Positions 1 through 12,200 of a stretch of DNA of 64,000 nt are shown here, piece after piece. The translations under genes were made by a program, and so were the position numbers. The stretch's first letter is position 1. Each line of letters opens with the position of its first letter. The stretch comes from Antedon mediterranea (taxonomy: Eukaryota > Animalia > Echinodermata), in assembly GCF_964355755.1 (NCBI RefSeq), contig NC_092680.1:7068001-7132000 (forward strand). The letters run 5' to 3'. A model generated the notes under the pieces. The model saw only the letters and a program-made list of their open reading frames with translations. It was not told the DNA's origin and searched no databases.

Positions 1-3000
1 AAGGAGTACAGAAGTTCTTTAGTGTCGATGTTGTTCAAGAACACACCGATGGTGTTCACAATAACATCAGTAATCGATCAGAACTCTTTGATTATGACAT
101 CGGTCTTTACAATTTGGCCTTAGAAACATTTCCATGCGCAAACATCATTGTTCCAAGAGAAGACGATCAATGTAGGTATAAAAAAAAATTAAAAAAATAT
201 GTGTACTTTTTACAAATTAATTTTTTTATTTTTATTTTTTTTATTTTATTCATTTCCCAACCAACAGTGAGCTTATGGTTCACCACTTACAGGAGGATCC
301 CTACCTGCACCCAATGGGTCTGGCCTATATAGTGCATTATTTGGTAATACTTAACTGGACTGGGTTATGTGATACATAGAATACAAAACACCACTACTAA
401 CCTAAGCAAAATAGGTCGTAGGCCTATAATGACGACAAAACAGTATGTCAAAAAAGTGATACAAATATTCTTTATCTGTGTATTTATATATATACATATT
501 CATGATAAATACTTGGTGTCTAATAAGAGTGATATGGCTTAATTTGAGTTTGAAAGCTTCTTATTCATCTTCCACCGCCTTGTTTCTGCTCGACTTGAAC
601 AAGATAACACAGCTAAGTAGGCGTAATTAATGTAACGTTGTTTTCACATTCAGTTAGGCCTATGGTATGATAATATGTTAATAATTCATTGCTACTTTCA
701 CAGATGGTACTGTTGTATGTAGATTTAAATAAGTTGCCATCCTGTAAAGAGCTTCTTTCTTCTGCTATAATAAAAAGCAAATGGAATAATCACATAAAGC
801 TCTGTCAAATTGTTTGACAAAAAAGTGTGATGTGCCCAAATATGTCAGTGATAATTTATGATGATATTTTTTTTCACATAAAGTTTGATAGTGTAAACAG
901 AGCTTAACACCAAAATAATTGCATCAAAACAACAATTATTTATCTTTTTTTTTAATATCGAACTGGAAGTCAATGGGTTTTTGGTTAAATTTAATTTGGC
1001 CTATTAAAAGTTTGATTTTGTATTTTTCATTTTTTTGGTGGGGGGGGGGGGGGGTGTGAAAACTACATCTTTAGGCCTAATTATACAATGTTGAATATAT
1101 TGACAAAATAAAAAACATTAGTGCTAGATTTTAAGTATAAGGTATATCTAATCATGGTTACGATACAGCAACATATTTAACAGGAGGAAACCATTACCAA
1201 ACTTCATCACTAATATAATAATCTTATGCGACTACATATAACCCTTTAAAAATGAAATACTGTTTATATTATCAAGCATTGATAGAGACACAAGAATTGA
1301 AAATGGATTGTGATGGGACACCTACTACTACTAAACAGACTACAACTGATGCACACACGACCACTATCATGGGTAAGTAATATTCATAAAGCATCTGCAC
1401 GCAATGCAACGACGTAAAGCGCACAACTCACGTGACCATCCGAACTATTGCTTGCGATAAGTCAACTAACTTGCGTTGCGCCTACGTTGTTGTGAATCAA
1501 ACTTAAATCTGGTAATCACTATACTTTTAAATAGTCTGGGTTCCAGGCGGAGTTTTGACTTAATATTAGTTAAAAGATAAATTTTTTGGCACATATGGCG
1601 TTTCATACGTGCACTACTTGGAGCTTGTATTTCAGACAAACATCGAAAAGCCTCGAAAAAAATAACTACAGACTTTGGGCAAGTCTCCTTGCTCTGGGTT
1701 TATTATATTATATTTAAAATACAAACTTCACAACATTGATAATAACCCCACGTCAAACAGATTCCAAGCACAAGCGTCGTGAAATGAGCTCATGACATAA
1801 GTGGTGCGATATGACTTTTTTTTCAATTTTTAAAAGATATAAAAATGTCACTTTGAAGCATTTTTAGGACCCCCAAGTCATTGCAGATCAGCTCCTATAT
1901 CATTAAAAATAGTCCTGTACACTACTTTCTAAAACGACGTTTGCCGATTCTGTATCTATATACCCTTTATACATTTCCGTGGTAAATATTTATGGGGAAC
2001 ATAGGATTTATAGTACATGGCCTATCTTGAGAAAAATATCTAAAGCGTGGTTCCCACTAGCGACGCAACACAAGGACGTAACGCAACGCAAGTGAATTGA
2101 GCAATCATAAGCGATGGCTTATTCGCTTGTGATTGCTAAAGCGTGGTTCCCACTAGCGACGCAACACAAGGACGTAACGCAACCCAAGTGAATTGACCAA
2201 TCACAAGCGATGGCTTATTCGCTTGTGATTGCTAACTGTCTATAACTTCGCTTGTCATTGGTTAAAACGCTTGCGTTGCGTTTACGTCCTTGCGTTACGT
2301 TCTAGTGGGAACCACGCTTAACGCAAAGACGTACCATAAAGCGCAACGCAAGGACGTATATAGCGCAATGCAAGTGGTTTGAATAATCCATTGCTTGTGA
2401 TTGGTCAAATTAGTTAATTAATTGAAAGTATCATCATCAACATCAATACAAATTTACGCTACATTTGGAATTCTTTCGACAAGTGTGGTTCCCACTAGAG
2501 ACGCAACACAACGACGTAACGCAACGTAAGGGATTTGACCAATCACAAGCCATAGATTATTCGAACTGTCGCTTGTCATTGGTCAGCTCGCTTGCGTTGC
2601 GTCCACGTCCCTGCATTGCGTCCTAGTTGGAACCAAGCTTAAAGTTAAAGAACAAGGCCATACATGGCTGCAGTCGCTGTAGAGAGGAAAAGGTTACTTG
2701 CATGGAAGAATTACCTTAAATACAGTTAAATTATTCCATAAGGCCGGTACTTGCAGAGAATTTTATTTTCCCTTGTACTTGTCACAATAAATAATATTTT
2801 TGTATTTGTTAGTTCACTTGTATTTGTTCATTCATTCATTTAATTTAGTCGCGTTATTTTTTCCGTTTATGTTATTCATTCTTTCAAGCGAAAACGCGTT
2901 TTAATGTCGGAATTGATATTTCCGGTCACTGACAAGTTTGAAATCATCCGTTTATTCGTTTAAATAGAGTTGCCTGATAGACTTCATTAGCAAAAAAACT

Positions 3001-4493
3001 TACTTATAATATTCAGAATGTCGATAATAACCAGAGATGAGTAAAATGTACTCTGCCCTGATAATAAGAATAAACAGATACCATGGCGCTATAACCATGC
3101 AAAGACGAGTCCCTATTTATTTTTATTTATTTTTACATACAGAAAAGTGGCAAAAGAAAGAAAATAAAACCAAATTAAAAGAAACTATAACATACTATTA
3201 CTATTAATCGCCTCAACACTCCTCATCCACCCCACCCCACACCCCTCTCTCTTTTTTTGCATACTACACATGACAAGTTTCCTCCTTTTTAACCTGTTCA
3301 CGAACTTAATCTTCATGACTGTTTCATTAATTGTACTGTAATTTATTATTATGATCTACTTTATTAAATATTATCATTATTTTCATAGTATTTTATTAGT
3401 TTACAGAGGCTGTAAGTTATATTGTATTTTCGTGTCTGTTTTCGTAACTGTGTTCATGTTGTTTATGTTCTATTACTCCAATTCAGCTCTTTGGGCCGGC
3501 TGCAATAGTTATAATATTAATTATTTTTTTTAATTTCTTGCACTTGTTCTATATTTTTATATGTTTGATACCGAGATATAGGCCTATTTGTTATTACACT
3601 ACTTCCTAATGTTATAGTTTATTAAACATTTGAAAGGTTTTCAAGAAATTCAATAACTGATACAGACTATGATTATCGGTGCTGTATCTATAATTTGTCC
3701 AGTATTATAAGGCAAAATGATGTAATTTCTGTGTCATATATGTACCACATGTTACGCCTGTAACATGTCTCACCTAACCCTATACAGGTGCTCCATGTGA
3801 TACACTTTTTTTACAGAATGTGCATATTATACATTGTTATTATTATTATTGTTATTGTGCATATTATATATTGTTTTATTACTTGATTTGATATTTGCTT
3901 TTTACATTTATTTTTGTTGGTGTTTTCCTTTGAGCACGGTCTTACTGAAAAACAACTTTTAGTTGAGTTAAGTATCCGTGATTAAATAAAGCTTATTATT
4001 ATTATTATTATTATTATACTGGAGTACAGAAAATCGGGCGACATATAACCAACTCAGACTATATATAAAATGCATGATTAATTTATATATTATTCATTAA
4101 TATTATATGATCGAAAAATCTATATTACAAGTATAATATTTCCACTTATTAATATTAATAGATCGCAAAGACAGCGACTTTTGTGACATATATGCGTACC
4201 AATCGAAGTATGTGTGTCGTTCAAACGTATTCATTCGCATGATATGCCCAAACCTCTGCGATGTTCATAATGGTAAGTATTATAGGCCTACTAACTACGA
4301 AAATAATATCGACTTCTAAAATATTGGTTTAGACGTTATTGCAATAGATAGTATATTAATTAAATGCTGTTGTTACTTTTCAGTTTGTGAAAATGTACAT
4401 GCCGTATGCAACATGTGGCGCAATATGGGATATTGCGATACAAAGAAGAAATTTATGTTAACCAATTGTAAGAAAAAATGTCAATGGTGCTAA
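1..4493 (+). CDS. 3' part of a secreted-type protein ending in a Thr-rich linker and two ShK/ShKT domains (5' end outside window)
   Basis: Phase-consistent exons <1-171 (GVQKFFSVDV...PREDDQ), 1277-1372 (LIETQELKMDCDGTPTTTKQTTTDAHTTTIM), 4162-4272 (RKDSDFCDIYAYQSKYVCRSNVFIRMICPNLCDVHN) and 4384-4493 (CENVHAVCNMWRNMGYCDTKKKFMLTNCKKKCQWC*, canonical 6-Cys ShKT pattern). All introns GT-AG. Confidence 0.75.
798..904. mobile_element. MITE family A (PIF/Harbinger-like), shortened copy
   Basis: TIR agctctgtc...acagagct flanked by TAA/TAA target duplication; internal aaaagtgtgatgtgcccaaatatg shared with other copies in the window. Confidence 0.75.
2044..2640. mobile_element. Cluster of MITE family B (Harbinger-like): partial copy 2044-2136, full copy 2140-2318, degenerate copies 2322-2410 and ~2482-2640
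   Basis: TIR agcgtggttcccactag...ctagtgggaaccacgct with TAA flanks; largely palindromic interior (gacgcaacacaaggacgtaacgcaac). A related decayed copy lies at ~1388-1505. Confidence 0.75.
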
Positions 4494-4544
4494 ATTATGG
4501 TAACGATCTATGGAACGCCTCCTCTGCCTTCAGTTCACATTTAT

Positions 4545-4712
4545 CATGCAGCATACACACCAATCGACATGCAGTACACACCAATCGTCATGCAGTACAC
4601 ACCAATCGTCATGCAGTACACATCCATCGTCATGCAGTACACACCAATCGTCATGCAGTACACATCCATCGTCATGCAGCAGTACACACCAATCGACATG
4701 CAGTACACACCA
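4545..4712. repeat. 21-bp minisatellite (catgcagtacacaccaatcgt) just 3' of the ShKT gene stop
   Basis: About 8 tandem units visible; it generates the spurious repetitive ORFs at 4478-4785. Confidence 0.9.
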
Positions 4713-5530
4713 AAGAAGGCGTTCCATAACGACCATGCACTCTAATTTAGGCGACAGCGAGAAATATGTTTGCCTGCAATGTTAATGCTTACTTTGTTTA
4801 TATTTACTTTTCATAATATAATATTACTTAATTCCATATAATGTTGTACAGTATTATAACTAGTCTCTCTAGACTTTCTTGTAGGCTTATGACGTTCCAG
4901 TCTCATCAATGTTTAGTACAGTTAATATTTGTATTATGCTATTGTAAAAGACGCACTCTTTAGTGGATGCACATATTGTAGTAAAATAAACTTTTTGCTT
5001 TGTAATAGATTAATGTAAATATTATTACTGGGTTTAAACATTTCTAAAATTAAGTCTATAATTAACTTAATATAGAGACGTCATTGAAGTGTAACAACTT
5101 TTACCTACTTATAGAATGTTACCTTGGCTTCATTTTAAAGCTTTGATGAAACCAGGCAGATTTATTCTACATCTCCTTGATGAAACAAACTTATTTTTAA
5201 ATTTATGATTATATAGTTTGCAAAATATTTACTACTTTTAGTTAAATAAAATACAATTATAAAAAGTTTGGAATTTTTAATTTGTAAACATGATCTACAT
5301 GCACGGACGAGATGCAGGGCAAGCTGCAGCATTTACACAAAAAACAGCATACTGCCTGGTGAAACAATGTTAAATGTCTACACAATTGCTTAGTGCTTCT
5401 ATCCTTACGTTTTTCTCTTCGGATATAATGTCAACATTAAGCCGAGATCAATGTGATCTCTGTTGTTCTTTCGGCCAACCAAGAACAATTTCAACTGTCT
5501 TAAAATATGAACCTATGATGGCATCTCTTA

Positions 5531-5671
5531 AGCTCTGTCTACACTATCAAACTGTATGTGACAAAAACAATGTGCCCATATGCATATATGGACACGACGA
5601 CATCATATCACTACCATATTTGGGCACATCACACTTTTTTGTCAAACTAGTTGGATAGTGTAGACAGAGCT
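5531..5671. mobile_element. MITE family A, full-length copy
   Basis: TIR agctctgtctacactatc...gatagtgtagacagagct with TTA/TTA target duplication. Other copies at ~9371-9469, ~13145-13248, ~44028-44180, ~59173-59260, ~59877-59950, ~60242-60376 and ~60779-60916. Confidence 0.85.
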
Positions 5672-5682
5672 TTAATCCTGTG

Positions 5683-6731
<1,049 letters not shown>

Positions 6732-8298
6732 CTATAACAGTAAATCGTATGACAATATCAATAGCAAACCCATGATATATGTCGGCACTACTGTATATTA
6801 TGGAATTTATTCTCCAAGTCTTCTCAACCTAGCTTCATCAGGCAAGAAAAACGGTAGGGCGGCACTTAGTATATTCAGTCAAAAAATGTCAATTTATCTC
6901 CGTTTTATGTTTTGGAGTTTTCTCGTCAGCAGTTTTGTAGCGCCGAAGATTTTCTTAAATACTGTATATTCATCCCTACACACATATATGTAGAAATGCA
7001 TTTTAAAGACTTACAACACGTTCAAATTGCAACTTTATCACAAGCAAATCTGTTGATTTTCTTATATTTTAGTATTTCAAATAAAGTTACTGGTCTGAAC
7101 CTCTGGCTGAAACATGCTGCAACATGGAAAACAAAAGGAAATTGATATATACTATACTGTATTGTCCAACTATAATATTAATACATTTTTTTTAATTGTT
7201 TTCATTTTGTATAAACTTGTTCTAAATAAACTACTATCTAAATACTACAGTAGGTACTATACCAAGGATAGGTCTAGTTTCTAAGAAGTTTCAGGTACAG
7301 CCTCCTGTAAGGCTAGCTCGGGATAATCTACTATTAAATCCATGGAGGTATAAAATTCTATTTTATACCTCCATGATTAATCTATGTCTTTCTTGGCGTG
7401 TATTCGGAGTAAAGAGAAGGCATCTTTGTTAGTTGTTTAGGCTATAATATAATAATTATAGGCCTAGGCCTAGTAGTACTAGCTGCTTCGAATTAAATTA
7501 TTTTTATTAATTTAAATATTGTTTTTATATTTGTGTGTTCTTTAGCTTGCTAAAACTGGTCCAACTCCCAAAAACTGCATAAAAATAATATTTAATGTCT
7601 ATCTAATGATTATTTATCATAACGTACTAGGCCCTGTTATTATTCTTTGAATTAATTATCATGATGACAACATTATAAAACATACGTTTTCTAGTTTTTT
7701 CTTCCGTGTAGACGTGACGGACCGTCAACACTACATATCCTAGGCCCAAGCATATCCTATCGGACGCCGACGGTACGGGGACTGAATGATTTTCTCCCGG
7801 GCGCCATGCGCGGGGAGTGCTTCCGTGCTGTAGCCTAACCATAACGCTCGATTTCTAAAGCTAAAAAACATTACATTTCACATGGCATTACAAGAAATGT
7901 AAATAGGACTATTTTATATACGAATCAGCATATATGTCATATGTTTTAAAGTGCAATATAGCATCTTACTTACATATAAAAATGAAATTTAGCCGATCTT
8001 TTATTTTTTTTAAAGAACCGGCTCATCTTTGAAAACAACGTAGAACGCCAATTGTGCATTACAAATATGCGAAACTTGGATTTACAAATAATTGTTTCAC
8101 CGTATCTTACTTACTTCATGTGTTTTTTTAAATCAATACTATTACTTTGACTTTTTATTTATATACTAGGCCTATATTGTAAATTCAGACAACACGTAGG
8201 CCCGTACCGTAGGCCCTAGGGCTAGACTTTACAGTATTTCGAATTAGGCCTGCAGAGTTTGTAGCGAACGGCGTTCCATATGTCAAAAGACATAACCT

Positions 8299-8311
8299 GT
8301 TCCGTAGCAAC
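8299..8311 (+). promoter_or_regulatory. Candidate RFX X-box upstream of CCDC87
   Basis: GTTCCGTAGCAAC resembles the X-box consensus GTTNCC-ATGGNAAC and lies ~900 bp upstream of the ATG of a gene associated with sperm in mammals. Confidence 0.45.
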
Positions 8312-9209
8312 AATATACAACAATACGGTATGCCGAAGAATATAATCTAAATTCCCTACTTCAATCTAGGCCTACACATTAAACGTAATCACATATTTTG
8401 TAATGTTTAATTGATATTTATTATTATCATTAGAATTAATTATAAGAATATACCCTAGGCTTAGGCCTAGTCTAGCTAGGCCTAGGCTAGCCTAGAAGGG
8501 TAGGCCTAAGGGCTAGGCATAGGCCGCCCTTACGAAGAGGCCTAGCTAGTCCTAGCTAGCTACAGTAGTAGGGGTAGCCTAGCCTAAGGAGGCCTTGGCC
8601 TAGTGGTAGGTAACCTAGGTCCAGGCTAGCGCTCTCTAGGTAGGCCTAGCCTAACTACTAGGCAGGTTATTGCTGGTACTGGCTTGAGATTTCTCAATTT
8701 TCTCGCTGAATAAAAAATTGAAGGCTTTTACTATTATATTAGGCCTGCCTCTAGGCCTATAGGCCTAGCCTAGGCTAGATCGACTCTCTATCACACAGAA
8801 GCATCAAATGAAAATATCAATCTGTATGATATTTTATTTTAGGCTACCTATATTGTTTTGCATGGCGAAATCAAATCTTGATATAAAGTTTGTAGTACAC
8901 TATGTGTATAGTTACTCAACAGTTCTTTTCAGAACTAATACATGTGGTGTACCGCAAACTTTATATCAACATATGATATTTTAATTATTCAGGTTACACC
9001 GGTCGTGTTGTGGAATGTATTTCGGAATTTGCTTGAGTGTCTGAATTTAGCCAAAATTAGAAATACTCAGGCATGGGATTATTCTCACATTCATGAAAAA
9101 TTTATCATGTATTTTTTTGTTTAGAACTTGCAGCTAGTCTAGATCTGGGGCCATGTAAGGACGTCGAAGCTCACAGTCACAGAGTGAGGAATTAGAACAA
9201 CAACCAATT

Positions 9210-12200
9210 ATGTCTTCATTAAAGTTTTCAAGAGACATACCTGAAAGTAACAAGACCACTAAAGAACCAATACCAGCAACTGATGGTATATTCTCTCTTG
9301 AAAAGCTTCCATTTTCCTCTGTAAGTTTTATTTTAATTTCTAACAAAAATTAAGAGGCATCATATCCTTAAGGTCTATCTACACTAACACTATCAAACTT
9401 TATGTGACAAAAAAGATGAAAAAGACTTTTTTTTGTCAAACTAGTAGTTTGATAGTGTAGACAGAGCTTAATAACATTAAGTTCAGGATGTCTGACATTT
9501 TTTATAATAAGGGATGGAACTATTATTTATAATTAATACACATTACTAAAAAAGCTGTGGAGCAGTATTAGTAAAAATAATAGTAAATTACTTTATAATG
9601 TTAAGGATTTATCATTATACAATTTCATATAAAAATGATATTGCTACGAATACAAACACAATTTTTATTTTTAGGTCGAATTAAAAAATAAATATGATGA
9701 GGTGTTAGGGCCGTTGACAATCTTTGCTCCATATTTTCATGAAGATGGTAAGTATACCTTATTAAAAAAACAGGACATCAAAAAACATTGAGCTACCCTT
9801 TCCACAAGAGCGAATAGCTGCGATTTTCATTTCCATCGCGTGTTTGCTGAGCTCTTTGATTCGCTTAAGTGCTCCTGAACTCTGTATTGGTTGCACAATT
9901 TTACGCAAAAAGTACTCATTTTGCTGAATTGAAAACTCAAGGAACTAGAATTCATCGCAGAACTAGAATTCATCGCAGAAAGGGATTTGGAAGATAGAAA
10001 TATATTAATATGCATGCGTTTAAGATTAGTTGCAACTGAACAGACTCGAAACGCATGCAATCAATTCAGTATGCCATTAACAATTGTTTGTTGATGCCAT
10101 TATCTTTACCACATTTCTCAGAAAAGTATGGAAAAAACACATCTAAATTAATATTTTTGTTTTATTTATTGTAGTACAAGAAAAGCAGGAAATTAGTATG
10201 GAGAGACCTGTTACGCCCATTGATGTAAGTAACCATTCCAACTTATATATTTCCTTATGTTGTTTTAGGTAATCACATTAATGCCCTTTTCTGACAGCAG
10301 TTTAAGATAATGTTCCTTTGAAAAAATAATTTATAATTTTTATGCCATTTTTAATGTTGCATAATACCATAGATATTCATTTTTACCCAAAACTGAATAG
10401 AAAACATTATCTTTCTGATAAAATTGTAAAAGAAAATAATAGTGAACTGGAAAACCATTGTCTGTTATTTAAGCATAATTTAAAAAAAAAAGTATAACTT
10501 TATTAAAACTACAAAATTACCTATTCAAAGATTGATTCAATTTATTTTGCTTTCATTTTTTATGTGAACAATACATCTTATTTTTATTTTTATTTTATGT
10601 CTTTAGGCAATGTGGCCAAGGATTACCAATAGTGAATTAATCACTGTCCTATCAGATAGGTGGTAATCCCCCTGATACAGGGGCTATTGTGTGAACCAGT
10701 TCACCGGGGTAACCCCCTACTCTTTTTCGAATAATGGACTGGGTTCTTTAAAGTACACACATGTTATAACTGTGTACACTGGACCTACGGTTTATAGTCC
10801 TTATCCGAGAAGACTTGTTCCACCACCAGAACTAGGAGCGAGTCGGCCTCGAACCATTGCCGATGTTGTTGTTGGCTCTTTAGGTACGGTAAACGGCGCC
10901 CCTGCCTTAACCGCTCGGTTACTTTAAAGTAAAACAAACATTTTTAATTCAATTTATTAATTATTAAATTATGTTTTCTAGGAGAGCATCAAAGCACCGC
11001 CAGCAAAATATGAAGACCTAGTAAAGCTGATACGAAGGAGGATCGCTGCTGATCCTGATAGCCCGCACTTGTCTGTTGATGATCAACAGGTGTTGGTATG
11101 TAAATGCAATTGATCACCTGTTAACACCAGGTGATAGTACTGTATGTAAATGCAATATTACATATTACGTTTGTTCTCTTGTTGTGTTTGTGTTGTCTTG
11201 TAGCGTAATTGTGTAATTTTTTTTAAATATATTTTTTATATTATTACTACTACTTGTCTGAATCTTTAGTTAAGATTAAGATTTAAGTATAGTTGCCCCT
11301 GACCATTGTGCTCTGTTTCTGTTCTGTATCTGTGTTTTGGTCGAATAAATAAATGAAATGAAATTAGTTTATTTTGTACCAGGCTTAAAGCTCTATATTG
11401 AGCTTATTTGGTCTTTTCCAGGCTTTGCATCTTTTATTTAATCTGTATTAACAAGTTTGATGCATTGTGAAATAAAAACGAACGAACGAACATATAATGT
11501 ATTTGGTTGTTTTAATGTATATTAAGTTTATGCAAAATAATATTTAATTTTACCTTTAAGGCTGGCATTATCATGGGGGAGGTCAACAGTATTTGGCCAG
11601 ACATCAGACGGCAGGTAGACGACTCATTCCTGGTATGTTTTTTTTTTTTTTTTTATGTTTTAATCTTTGTATCCCTGACAGAAAGTGTAATTAATGAAAC
11701 GTCATAGTTTATTGTGGTATATAAGAATAAATATATTTTTAAATAAATCATCATAATCATTATTATCATTGATTTAATCTGAGAATTCATAATTTTTATA
11801 ATAATTCACAATACTGTAGTTTATCCTTCGTTAAAATGCTTCTCTTTGTTGTGTTGGTTCCTGTTTTAATATCTTTGTAAAGATGTGCAAGGACTTCTGC
11901 CTTTGTTGCATTTCCTCCATCCATATGTTTTAGTTTCTTGTTGTTAACTTTGATTTAATTTTTGATAGATTTGGAAATAAAGTTTATTGTATTATTATTG
12001 TAGTGTATATGTGTCATCAGTGACTGTTTAAAATCTTCCTGGTTATTGTATACTTTTTAAATTGTAGACACCAAAGAAAAACAAAGAACTTCAAAGAAGA
12101 ATCACTGTACACATAGTTACTGTCTGCCAACAGTTGTTTCAACACTATGTTCAAAAAGCTACTAGTAAGAAACAATTTTGAAATGAAATGAAATATTCAA

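Noticed and set aside
704-730. Extra exon of the ShKT gene after cag at 701-703
   Set aside because: It leads to a stop or phase mismatch, whereas 171 to 1277 splices in frame directly.
4478-4785. Four overlapping repetitive ORFs (HTNRHAV / MQYTPIV / CSTHQSS)
   Set aside because: Products of a stop-free 21-bp minisatellite located after the real ShKT stop.
10850-10925. tRNA gene
   Set aside because: A/B boxes are present but there is no clean cloverleaf, and it continues into a SINE body shared with 14377-14632.
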